In this document: positions 1-11,214 of the stretch, piece after piece | Layout: every line of letters begins with the position of its first letter | Numbering within the stretch: position 1 is the stretch's first letter | Source: Jimgerdemannia flammicorona | Taxonomy: Eukaryota | Assembly (NCBI GenBank): GCA_003990765.1 | Contig: RBNJ01000074.1 | Span: 1-43,831 of the forward strand | Direction: 5' to 3' | DNA length: 43,831 nt | Notes under the pieces: generated by a model | What the model saw: the letters and a program-made list of their open reading frames with translations, nothing else | Database searches by the model: none | Told to the model about the DNA's origin: nothing | Translations under genes and position numbers: made by a program

Positions 1-330
1 TTGCCGAGATATTAAGGAAAACGTTCCATTTGACGAAATTTCCAAAATCGGCAAATCAAAGAATTTCCAAAATCGGCGATTCAGACATTTTCCTTCATAA
101 CTCAGCAACGCATGATCCGATTTCAATGTTCTTAGTATCATTAGATAGGCTTTATTAAGGGCTTTCAAATGACACCAAGATCATCAAATTTGGATGATTA
201 TTCATCAAATTATTGATGTAAACATTTAATTGTCTAATTTGGAAATCAAAACAATGGTTGATTCGAATCCGATTCGAATCCGATTCGAATCCATCCAAAT
301 CCCATCCGGATTGACTCGTTCGGAGCACTA
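1..330. mobile_element. Terminal segment of a hAT-like DNA transposon or MITE inserted into the Gypsy A pol gene
   Basis: Ends ...GTTCGGAGCACTA (reverse complement TAGTGCTCCGAAC, a hAT-like TIR start). It has subterminal repeats: GATTCGAATCC x3 at 260-292 and AATTTCCAAAATCGGC at 37-52 and 62-77. CpG is abundant, unlike the adjacent Gypsy, and it cuts the RT frame right after FYRRFIKG. The other end lies outside the window. Confidence 0.55.
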
Positions 331-1020
331 GTTGAAATATCCTTTGATGAACCTTCTGTAGAAGCTGGCCAGTCCAAGGAAGGCATGGACTTCTGTAGTT
401 GTTCTGGGTCTCAGGTAGACTGCAATAGCCTCAATCTTCATGGGGTCTGTGTGGATTCCAGTCTGGTTGATAAGGTGTCCTAGGTAGGTAATTTCCTGAG
501 CTGCAAACTTGTATTTCTTGGGCTTGATGTAGAGGCCATGCTCCTTGAGCTTCTTGAGGGCTAGCTGTATGTGATTGATATGTTCCCATACAGTATTGCC
601 GAAGATGATCATATCATCAACATAGACAAAGAGCCATTTTCCAATCTCATTACTGAAGACTCTATTCATCATTTGCTGAAAACTTGCTGAGGCATTGCAC
701 ATTCCAAATGGTATTCACAGGTCGATATAGGTGATATCAGGTGTGATAAAGGCTGATTTCTCACTGGCATCTTGAGAGAGACCAATCTGATAGAAGTCTG
801 AGAACAGATTCAAGGTGGTGTAGTATTTGGCTTTGCTTCCAAGAGTGGTAAGAATTTCTTGAATATTTGGCAAGAGCTGCCTATCCTTCTTGGTGATGGC
901 ATTGAGCTTTCTGTAATCAATGCAGAGTCTTGGCACAAACTCTCCAGGCTTACTTCCTTTCTTCAGGGTAAGGACAATGGGTGAGGCCCAGGGGCTGATA
1001 GCTTGCTTGATGATTCCAGC
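331..1020 (-). pseudogene. Gypsy A reverse transcriptase (disrupted)
   Basis: Motifs SPWASPIV, RLCIDYRKLNAITKKD, PFGMCNASASFQ, VYVDDMIIF, YLGH and FLGLASFYRRFIKG. A frameshift lies near 710. Confidence 0.92.
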
Positions 1021-1311
1021 TTCTATTTCCTTGAGTTCTGCTCACAGCCATTCTCTATAGGCAGGTGGTATAGGTCTGGCTTTCTGATAAATGGACTTGG
1101 TATCACCAGTGTCAACTTTGTGATAGTACTTGGGTTCTTGATTGTGAATATCTCTGAAGTCTGTAACAAGTACTCCTTCATTCTGATACAGGATCTTGAG
1201 AAGTTGTTCTTCCAGGGGAAAGTTTTCTCTGATGGTATATGTGTACTTATTCTGATCCTTGTCTTTCTTGTGCTCAAGTTTGGTAATCTTGGTGGTAGCA
1301 TAGACTCCTCT

Positions 1312-1732
1312 TCCAGTAGATCCAAAGCCTTGTTCTCCTCTCTTAGTCTTGATAAGTTCAATGGCTTCTATGATCTTGGGCTTCTTGATTCCATAGATCA
1401 GCATCTGGCCAATCCTGTCATACTTCTTGACTTCGAATGGGGTGGTGGGGTTGTGATTCCTGACTATGAGGAAGATCTTGCCAGTATAATCAGAGTCAAT
1501 TACTTCTCCTTTAACTGAGATTTCACTTTTTGCCAGACTGCTTCTGGTCTTGATAATTCTGGTATAGTTCTCTGGCAGCTTGACTCCAATTCCAGTGCCA
1601 AGTAGTGTGGTGGTCTGTGGTTCAAGGGTAGTATCTTGAATGCTGGCAAGGTCCATTCCTATGGCTCCTTCAGTCTTATATTCTGGGATTCTGGCTTCAT
1701 GGTGAAACTTCTTGATCTTGAGAGTGATATCT
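1312..1732 (-). pseudogene. dUTPase domain within Gypsy A pol, between protease and RT
   Basis: All five trimeric dUTPase motifs: GAIGMDL, KTRSSLA, GEVIDSDYTGKI, DRIGQML and RGEQGFGSTG. Confidence 0.92.
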
Positions 1733-2099
1733 GATTCTTGTTTCTCCTTGTCATCACTGTCAGCCTGAAGCTCTGGGGGCTGGTCATCTTCTTCAGCTTT
1801 CCTTTTTGCTTCAGCAGCTTCTTGCTCATATTTCTGTTGGCAGATTTTCCTGACTTCACTGATATAGGACCAGCAGTCATTCAGATATTCAGAGCAGTAC
1901 ATCCTAGTACTATGGGGGCATCTTCCTTGAGGGGCATAGCCATCAATGATCTTGTTGTACCACTGCTCATTTATGAGCTTGGGTGTCTTGTTCTTGTTCT
2001 TATTCACTAAGTGTATGAAGACCTCTGTGTCCTCTTCATCTTCTTCCTCCATGTCTGGCAGGACTCCTTTGTGGACATTGATAGAGACTGGTACCTTTC

Positions 2100-2420
2100 T
2101 TCCTCTATAGTTGATCTGTATCTTCTGGGCATTAAGGTCAATAATGGCCTTGGCCTTGTGAAGCCATTGGTTGCCAATGAGGATGTTATAGTTGATGATG
2201 CTTATAACAATCATGTCTACTGGGATGGTAGCTCCTCCTATCTTGATGGGAACTTCTCAGATTTTGCCAAGGGGGATAGCTTGTATACTATCTGCTATAA
2301 CATAGACCATCTTGGTAGACTCTTCAATGTCTCAGCCTAGGCAGTCAATTGCCTTCTTACTCATAAGGCATCCTCCAGCACTGGTATCAATAATGGCATC
2401 AAAGATACAATCTTCAATCT
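2100..2420 (-). pseudogene. Gypsy A aspartic protease
   Basis: AIIDTSAGGCLMS (DTG/S motif) near 2360-2400, then ILIGNQWL...AIIDL flap/C-terminal pattern. Confidence 0.8.
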
Positions 2421-2899
2421 AATATAGAGTATAGGCTGATGTCTTGTACTAGTCTCTGAATTCTTCACCTGAGTTTTTGGATTCTTCCTGTACATTGTGA
2501 GCTTCTACAATCTTGTACTCTTGATTCTTTGCAGTAGTTACAAGTCCTACTCTCAACTGCTGTCTGAAGGCAGGAACTTTGGCTAGCTGTCCAAAGGTAC
2601 CATTGACCTTCTGTTCCTTAAGGTTCTTATAGATATCATACTGGTGGATCTTGGTCTTGCATAGCTTCTATTTCTTCTTGCTTTCACTTTCTCCTGAGAC
2701 TGAGGTAGTGTCTTCAATAATTTGGCAGATAGCTTCATCTAACTCCATATCTTGATCAATTCCCCTGGGTTGGATCTTGCTTTGAATAGTGACAGCTGGG
2801 GTCTTCTTTGATCTTTCAACTGGCTTGCTGTTGCTCTTCCTGTCATAGGGCTTGGACTGGGTTCTGGTACCTTTAGTAGCAGGGTATAATTCAAGCTTC

Positions 2900-3817
2900 T
2901 CATAGTATTCTTCATCATCAGTATCACCAATCTCCTCAATGACTACTGTATTAGTTTATTCTCTGGTTCTGCTAGTATTGCTTGGTTGAGCCTTGCATCT
3001 TGTTTCAGTCATGCAATTCTTTGTATAGTGGCCTTCTTCTCCACATCTGAAACAATGTGATATTGTATTCTTCTGTAGCAGCTGCAAATATCTACACTGG
3101 TCTCCTGTTGGCACTTCAGACTTCTCTAACAACATTACTAAGGTGTGTAGTCATCTTGGCAAACTGCTTGGCAAGTTCTTCCACTGGGTCAGCTTTGGCT
3201 ACCTTGGGGGTAGGTGGGGTTGGTTGTCTGTTTACAACTGTGGCAGGTATGATACTAGTTGGCTTTGATGGCTCCATCTTGATGCCAGTTATTTTCTCCA
3301 TTGAGTATTTGGCAGGATGTCTGGCAGTCCAATATCTCTATACAAAGACCACTTTCTGATCAAGGGTCAGTGCAGCTAGAGTAGACTGGATTGCTAGGGC
3401 AATTTCAGGGTAAATTCCTTTATGGAAGGTTGAATCTGCTATTTGTTCTTTAAGGGTATTATCATAGCCAGCTAAGACAATCTGGTGGCAGATTCGGGTA
3501 TAGAATGAGTTGAGATCTTTACTTAGTCTCTGTCAGATAGTATTGAGTTGATCCTTGAGAGCTTGCTTGATCTCTTCAGTATAATATATTGTTCAGAGGA
3601 AGGCCTTTATATTGGCAAGTTTGGCTGCACCAGTATTAGCAATGGTGGCTATATTGAACTTGTCTCTGGCAGGTCCTCTGAGGCTGACTGATAGAAGGGC
3701 CAATTGTGCATCCACACCGAGGGCTCATACAGTGGTAAATTGTTCAAAGTCTTCAATGAAGGTCAGGATTGACTCTTCAGTAGTATATCTATAGAATGTG
3801 GGGGGATGCATTTCCAT
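2900..3817 (-). pseudogene. Gypsy A gag with CCHC zinc knuckle
   Basis: ATG at 3817 gives MEMHPPTFY...FIEDFEQF...SLRGPARDKF. Knuckle CFRCGEEGHYTKNC at about 3013-3054. In-frame stops present. Confidence 0.8.
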
Positions 3818-3916
3818 CTTGTCTTGAATTCTTGCAGGGGTGACTCTTGTAGTCAGGATAGTTATTGTGGGGATTGTTCATTTTTCAGCTTAAAAGTGAG
3901 GAATTCATCTTGAATC

Positions 3917-3934
3917 ACCAGCCAATGGGTACCA
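3917..3934 (-). promoter_or_regulatory. Primer-binding site of element A
   Basis: TGGTACCCATTGGCTGGT begins 3 nt after the LTR terminal CA. It is absent next to the solo LTR. Confidence 0.65.
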
Positions 3935-3937
3935 AGT

Positions 3938-5488
3938 TGTCACATAGTGGTCACTGAGTTCTTCAAATATGCCAGATTCTCTTCAAGATATATCTCTTAG
4001 ACTAACTCAAGTTTGTTATAAGCAAGTTCTTATTGAAGTACCTTCCCAAGGTCTTATAGTCCTCAAACTTCTTATCTTTAACTATCTTGTTATCTTTTAA
4101 ATTGCTTGCAAGAAAGTGTGTATATTGCACTTAAAAGACTGACTTTATTTCAGAGGAAATAAGAGAAGTATTTATACAAAATATAATTTAATGGTTGCTA
4201 AGATATAAAGCTAAATATAAATTCCAATAACTAAAATAAAATGCCAGGTTAGGAAAAACTACTAAGTTCCAGGGTCAGCACTGATAGTTGTATAGATTCA
4301 GGATACTGGTATAATTCAGTGTTATATCAGAATACCAGTGCTGAAACAATTTTGCATCACCTCAGAATGCTGGTGCTGGTATTATCCAGTATTACCTCAG
4401 AATTGATGCTGGCATTATTCAGTGTAACAAGGAACTTAGAGTGGAATGTTCAGGATCATAGAGGCTTCATCTTCATCATCAGAGGTCAGGATGTCTTCAA
4501 AGGAGATGAGGTCTGTGAATTTGTCTTTGCACATTTCACATGCTTTGATGTCATATGGGATGACATCATTGCCAATGACATCATCATGTTCAGTGGTGGG
4601 GAAATTAGGGGCTCTCCAATCTATGAGGTTCTCTTCCACAAAATAAGAGACAAATGTGGGGTCTTGGGAAGGTTTAACCTAGATACTTGGGCCTTGGAAT
4701 ACTGAGATCAATCCTTACAGGAATTGATCTGGGTTGTCCTGAAGGATGGAATGCCAGAAGTCTTCTACTTTATCACTATTGAGAGTGATAGTGGACTGGG
4801 CTTCTGTAGCCACCCTGGTTTTTAGTGCATTGATATGGTGGGATGATAGGTCTCTGAAATCTGAGACTCTAATATACTCCAAGTTGGGGATCGACCATAG
4901 TGCATGCCTGAAGATCTGATGGATCTTCTTAGCTATTCTCATTTCACATATATCTATAGAAGTGATATCTTGTTGCTCTTGAGTACTGGCTTATGGGAAC
5001 TCCTGGTAGAGGAGGTTTCCTATTTCATACTCCTGCCATATTTGGAGGTATTCAGTAGCAATAGTGATCCTTGTTTCTATTTCACAGCAGTAGAGGATAT
5101 AGTGATAAGGGTCACCAGTACCCAGGTTGACACTAGGAGTCCTTCTTGAGCAGGTCCTCATGGCTCTTCTGATGTCTTGGAATATACTTTCTTTGACTAA
5201 GATGCCTTGGTAGTTTCTTGACCTTGAGGTTTGGTAAGCAGCAGGTATTTTGTTTATGGTAAGTCTTTGAGCTATTTTGGGATTGGTGGGTCTTGTTGGT
5301 TACTACTTCTGTGGTTCCTTGATTCTTCTTTTATATTCCTCAAGATACCATACTGTGGACACAATGACTCACAGTTAGTCATCATTGCTCATCTTGTATG
5401 CTATATAATCTTCTTGTGCTCTGATCTGGTGGCTTGCAAGGAAAGGCTGTCTCCTATACTGATGTAATCATTCTGAGTCACTATTACA
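3938..5488 (-). repeat. 5' LTR of element A (1551 bp)
   Basis: TG...CA ends and colinear with 16469-17998. On the minus strand, TATAAATA at 4176-4169 and AATAAA at 4149-4144. Confidence 0.93.
4436..5392 (-). pseudogene. LTR-internal (U3) accessory ORF of family A, about 270-320 aa, unknown function
   Basis: One uninterrupted frame joins the track ORFs 4715-4942 and 4436-4639 and extends to an ATG at 5392. The stops are mostly CAA/CAG in the solo LTR copy. Confidence 0.65.
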
Positions 5489-5519
5489 ATATATATCTAT
5501 AATTAGTTAAACAGATTTA

Positions 5520-6025
5520 AGAACTAAAGAAGAACCAGATGATAGTAATAATAAATGACAGTACTACTATCTATATTTATAGAATATCTAGAAGAAGACC
5601 CAAGAGAATTCTTAGATACTTTTAAAGGAATTATAGCTCTAAAGAACCTTGCTCTTAGAGATAAATTATAGTCTTCAAGATATATCTGAGAGAGTTAGTA
5701 AAGGAATCTTTATCAGAATATTAAATAATTCAATTTCTGATCTAGAATAAGCTATAGCTGATATACACTACTATACAGAACAATATGAAGCTATCTCTTA
5801 TAGGTTTATTCAAAAATATATAGATATAGAACTTATCACAAAGTCTAGAAATCTTTTATAAAAATAAAGATGAATTCTGAAGAATTCCCATGAGCATTCT
5901 TTATAAGAATTCAGAAGAGAATATATACTATCAGATTCAGTATTACTAACTAAGACAATATTGGTCCAATGATCTTTATGAATAGAATTTCTCTCAATAT
6001 TACTCAGCATATCTATACTCTTAGT
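5520..6025 (+). pseudogene. Heavily decayed gag fragment related to family B
   Basis: Aligns by eye to 8020-8490, e.g. GGTCCAATGATCTTT..GAAT and GAAGACCCAAGAGAATTCTTAGAT versus AAAGACTCTAGAGAGTTCCTTGAT. Confidence 0.7.
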
Positions 6026-6192
6026 TTTATAATATATGTATTAGTTCAATAAAGGTAAATTATAAGATTGGGGCTGCTATATAAATTAGATTGAGCCTCC
6101 AGTTACTTTATTAAAAAGCAATAAAATGTTCAATAGTTTCTAGTTCAAATTTGTATAATATAGACAATTTTAGTAATTTTCTAATTAAGTAA

Positions 6193-7461
6193 TATGACAA
6201 ACCAAGATGTACTACCCAAATTATACCTTAGCTAGATGATGCAAACAATTAGCCAGATGATGTAAATATACAGCATAGTAATCAGTAACCATTGCTGCAG
6301 AAACTATATAAATAGCTGGACTATCAGATAAGATACATCTATACAGGACCTACACAACCTGCCATAAGTAGCAAATCTATAGTTAGCTATGTATATAACA
6401 ATCAGATAGCAAGCAACTTGTATAAATTACCCCAGAGACAAGAGTGAATAAACCTCAGTTCTGAAATACAAAGTAAAAGACAAGTCTGCCTATTACACTT
6501 TGAGAGATATACTTGCAAAAAGCCACTTAATTCTAAATAAATTGGATTGCAACACTTAGGAGAAATGCCTGCTCTACAGCCACTACTAGGAGATTGTAAG
6601 CTTTGCCCCTTTCCCACTCTGGTCCACTTTCTGATACAAAGAATGAGTTTGTTTTCAAGAGAAGCCTGCTATGATTTGGTTTGCTTACCAGATAAGCCTG
6701 AAGATTTACTGCCAAGTTCAAGAAAAAACTTCACTGCCTTTTAAGTAATCTGCCACTTAAGAAATAAGCTGCCATTTTCAAGAACTTCACTGATTCAGAA
6801 AGAATCCATATCATCTGCTGTTTCTAAGTTATCTGCCATATTCCCAACAGAAGCTGCTGATTCAGAAGGAACCTGTACCATCCATTATTCCCAGAAGAGC
6901 CTGATTCATGATACCCAAGTTATTTATTCTCAGTGAGCCTGAGTTATTGAGTTATCTGCCACCAGTACAATTTCCAGTGAAAAGAATCCATGCCATCCTC
7001 TATTCCCAGTGGGCCAAATTGAGTTATCTGCTAGGAATCACATACTTTTGGAAATTGCTGTCACCTAAGAAGGAAAAACTGCTAAAATTGCCAGACCATC
7101 ATACACAAGATCGTTGTGCTATATAGAAATTGCTTGCCACCCAAGAAGGAGGACCGCTAAATTGCCAGACCATCATGCACAAGATTGTCATACTATATAT
7201 GAAATTCTGCCATTCCCAGTTGATCCAAGAAGGAAACACATTCACACAAATCACTGCTACACCTAGAGAACCATCCTAATTAGGAAATCAACACACAAAT
7301 TGCTTGCAGACATCCAGCTTTTACTATTATACTACTAAACACCAAGGACCTCAGAAATCTTAAAACATTTTGTTGCTTTTGACAAAGTAACTGGAGGCTT
7401 AAGCCAAACTACATCCACCCCCAATCTTGTAATTTGCCTCCATTGAGCCAGGCATGTTATA
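6193..7461 (+). repeat. 5' LTR of element B
   Basis: Colinear with 15038-16341; the termini have decayed to TA...TA. TATAAAT at 6421, AATAAA at 6447, and an internal ~75-bp duplication at about 7068-7230. Confidence 0.93.
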
Positions 7462-7463
7462 TT

Positions 7464-7481
7464 TGGAGGCTCACCTGGGAA
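7464..7481 (+). promoter_or_regulatory. Primer-binding site of element B, tRNA-Pro-like
   Basis: TGGAGGCTCACCTGGGAA lies 2 nt after the LTR and matches the tRNA-Pro PBS TGGGGGCTCGTCCGGGAT at 13/18 positions. Confidence 0.6.
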
Positions 7482-7500
7482 GATTTCAAAATTGACATAA

Positions 7501-8925
7501 ATCTTCAGCTCACAAGAACCCATAGTCAAACTGGATATATTTGATACAATACCAATCTCTGTTACGATAGGAGAACCAGTTATCACCAGCATTTGGACAG
7601 AAAGAGAAGTAATCACATCAAGACTTGCCAACTACCCAGCATCAGAAGGATCCCAACCAGAACCAGAAGGTAGTACAGCCAAAAATCCCCAATCAGATCA
7701 ACTAGACAATTTAGACAGCTCTGCTAGAAACTTTGAAGAGCTTACACAAGAACTAGAAGATCTTATCACATGAAACTGAGACCTTACACCCAGACACCCC
7801 ACACCAGTCCCACCAATCTCACCAATAGAACTCTTACTACAACCCCTTACAGAGTTAGAAGTAGCTCCTACAAGAATACCTAGGCTTATTCTATCTTGTC
7901 CAAGGTCCAGAACACCATCTTCAAGATATCCAAGCACTCCCATCTCCAGTGACAGTTTAGAGAGTGAATCAGAATCAGAATCTGAACCTGAACCAGAATT
8001 AGAAGAAAGTAATGATGAAATGGCCACCTCATTGCCAACCTTTGCAGGATACCCAGAGAAAGACTCTAGAGAGTTCCTTGATGGAATTGAAGGAATCACA
8101 GCCTTGAGGAATCTCTCAGATGAAAGAAAAATTGTCATCTACAAGGCTCAGCTTAGAGAACTAGCTAGAGGGATTTTCCATCAAACAGCAAACAACCCAG
8201 ATTCAGAACTGGTAAGACAGATACAAGCAGCAATATCCTATGAGTTAGAATATGAGGCTATAGTCCACTGGCTCATTGAGAAGTATGCAGGAAATGAAAC
8301 CTGCTACAAGGCTCAAGAATCTATTATGGGGATGAAGATGAATCTTAGAGAATCACTCAGAGCCTTCTTCACAAGAATCCAGAAGAGAATGCATACTGCT
8401 GGGTTCAATGCCACTAACCAGGACATCATAGGTCCAATGATCTTTCTGAATGGAATTCCCCCAAACATTGCCCAACATGTTCACATTCTAGGCATCAGAA
8501 GGTCTGAAGAGCAAGTAGATGTAGCCCAAGGATTCTTTGATGTCAGACAGGGAACTACCTAGAGTGATCATGATAGGAAAGAAGATAAGGAAGACATCCT
8601 GGTCAAAGCCCTATAAGGACTCCTTCAAGGACAAGAAAGATCCAAAGAAAGAAGGCCAGCAAAAGAAGGAAAGAAAGACAGAAGTGAAATCTAAGACCTC
8701 AGCTCCAAGTTGGATCAATTGGTTGGATAGATTGAAAAACTCACCACATGCGAAAATCAGGGCTACTCAGACAACAGAGGATACCCACCACAGAGGAACC
8801 AAGGTTATCCACCAAGGGATAATAGGAATTACCAGCAGGAAGAAAGAAGGTACCCCATCTGAGACAGAGCCCAAGTCCAATGCTTTCACTGTGGACAATT
8901 TGGACACTATGCCACTGAATGTGAC
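7501..8925 (+). pseudogene. Gypsy B gag with CCHC knuckle
   Basis: LPTFAGYPEKDSREFL capsid-like start at 8020, in frame with an upstream Pro/Ser/Glu-rich segment from 7501. Knuckle CFHCGQFGHYATEC at 8881-8922. Confidence 0.85.
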
Positions 8926-9534
8926 AATAAAAGAAATAACCAAAGGGACTCAGAATCACCAAACTGAAGGAATGACACTCAGTACAAGAAGACTGAAGCC
9001 CATCCTGTTGAATATTTTGAGAAAGCAAGCAATAGTGAAGACTACAGTGACCTAGACTTATACCCCACCAAAGTTACTACCTGAAAAACAGTCTACCCAG
9101 TAGAGAAGAGGAAGAGACCTATAGGAAGGCCATCCAGGAACATTAGCAGAAGAATTATCCAAGAAGAGGATGAAGAACATGAAGAGGAATAAGCAGAAAC
9201 ACCTCCCTGAACCCCTCACCCTTTGTCCTTGAGACAAATGAGTTGCCACCAGAAGATGAAGAAATGGAACAAGAAGAATGGGAATCTATTGCTCCAAAGT
9301 CCAAGAAGAAGTGCACTCCAAAGACCATGCCTAGAGACATTTACAATGAAGCTTGACAGAAGATTCAAGAAGTCAAGATAGAAGTCCCTCTCCTGCAGTT
9401 CCTGCAACTGATACCAGTAGGAGTCCAAAACAAATTGCTGAGAACCACCAGGTCTAGTACTGGCCAAGTTCTAATCCCACAGCAAGAGCCTGCTCCCATC
9501 CCTATCCAAGCAGCTGAAAGTTATGTCAGTACCT

Positions 9535-9900
9535 ACTTGCATGGAGACATTGGAGGACAAAAAGCAAAAATCCTCATAGTCACAGGAGCAGCTGTCTGTA
9601 TTATTGCCAAATGATTCTTGGATACCCTCCAATGGCCCATTGATGGATCATCCAACCTCAGCATCATAGTAGTATATGGAGCCCAAACTCAACCTCTTGG
9701 AGAAGTATGAAATATCACCATCTCTCTTGGACACATTCAGTTTTCTATCCTGAAAGCTGTTGTCACTGAAGCTGTCACCTATGATATGATTCTTGGCACC
9801 AACTGGATGAAGGAAATGAATGCAGTTGTTGATATTAGTCAACAAGTACTCAAGTTTGACTACTGAGGCAAAAAGTACAGAGTTAAGGTAACTAGCTATG
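9535..9900 (+). pseudogene. Gypsy B aspartic protease
   Basis: KILIVTGAAVCII (catalytic D read as V), then YDMILGTNWM...AVVDI. Confidence 0.8.
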
Positions 9901-11214
9901 AGTAATTAAAGAAGAAGAAGAAGGTCACTATTCAGGAGGAATATGCCAGCAGTGAAGAGCCTACTACAAAAGAGGAAGAAGAATCTGAAGATGGAAATGA
10001 TCCCAGACTCAACCCCTGAATTAACCTGGTGGATGACAAACCAGAAGACAATGTGTGGGCCAAGAATACCATCTCTATTACCATTGGAGCTATTGTAGGA
10101 GAAATCAAAGGATGCCCTATTTGCCTCAAGAGACACAAGTGTCCCAAGCATTCCTCCAAGATCATGGGAATAAGAAAATCACCTAGCACAGCCTGCCCAG
10201 AGTGCAGAAGAAAGAAGAAGAAATACAGACATATTCCAGAAACACCTGCAACCAAAGCTGCAGAAGTGCAAGCAATTTGGGAACAAGAATCATCCAAGGA
10301 AGAAGAAACTTCTGACCAAGAAGTTCCTGAACAAGAAGTACCTGAAGATGAAGAGGTCCCCAAACTCATTCTCTGAGATGACCCTGCTGGACACCACCTG
10401 AAGACAATAATCCTTAGAATATAGAAGAAGGACCTAGTATAATCACCATTATTCCCAAGAAAGAAACTCACCAAGAAAAAGCCTTTTGGCTAGGAAGATG
10501 TCCACACCAAATGATCTTCCACTCCCCCTGAGACTACTGCTATCAGTATCATCTGTTGGACCAGCAAGAAGGACAGAGACCCCAGAGACCAGAACCCCTA
10601 ACCACACTTGCACAGTCAACCACCTTCCAAGAAGTTATCACAAGATTACAAAGTCGATTTAGAGGACAAGGATTCTTCACTTGGACAGAAATATATCCCT
10701 TATCTACTCTTCCACCTACCTATGATCAAGATGGGTACTGATTCCCAAGACAAAAAGAAATCAACAACTGAGAATATCATTTCTGAGCAATGGGATACTG
10801 CAACTATGAAAGACACTCAGACTGCTGAGACTGCAGGCATCAGAAGATCCATCTCAGTCATGATATTGCAGTTCACACCTTGAAGAAAAGAGATAACCAA
10901 AGCCAGATCCAAAAAAGCCAGATCTGAAAAAGCCAGACCAAAAAGTCAGGAAGAAGGACCCTCAAGATCAATGATTTAGGTGAAGACATTCTAGCTCTCA
11001 TCAGACATATAACCTGTCAAGGATGGGCAGAAGATGCCACCAACTTCATGGAAGCCCTTGACCCTACAGGATGAAGGGGAATCAACTATCTCCGAGACCC
11101 CTCTACTGGAGCCAAATGGCCCACCTCAACCTTAGAGCTTAGAGGCTCTCTACTAGTGGAGCTTCAGTCTTAGGAAAGCCCGAACTCAGTAAGGATATTA
11201 CCCAGTATACACTG

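Larger units (their letters stand above)
331..5488 (-). mobile_element. Ty3/Gypsy LTR retrotransposon, family A (5' LTR, gag, protease, dUTPase, RT), truncated by the insertion at 330
   Basis: LTR TG..CA at 3938-5488 (matches 16469-17998), then PBS, gag, CCHC knuckle, protease, dUTPase and RT in Gypsy order. Multiple in-frame stops. Confidence 0.93.

Noticed and set aside
260-292. Palindromic 11-bp repeats as a CRISPR-like array
   Set aside because: There are no spacers, only 3 abutting units, and the context is eukaryotic; they fit subterminal TE repeats.
1003-2340. Hydrophobic plus-strand ORFs (1003-1518, 1738-2010, 2011-2340) as membrane proteins
   Set aside because: They are antisense shadows of the A-rich Gypsy pol strand.
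6533-7126. ORFs within LTR B as a second LTR-encoded gene
   Set aside because: The frames are short and not preserved between the two LTR copies (indels shift them), unlike the LTR A frame.
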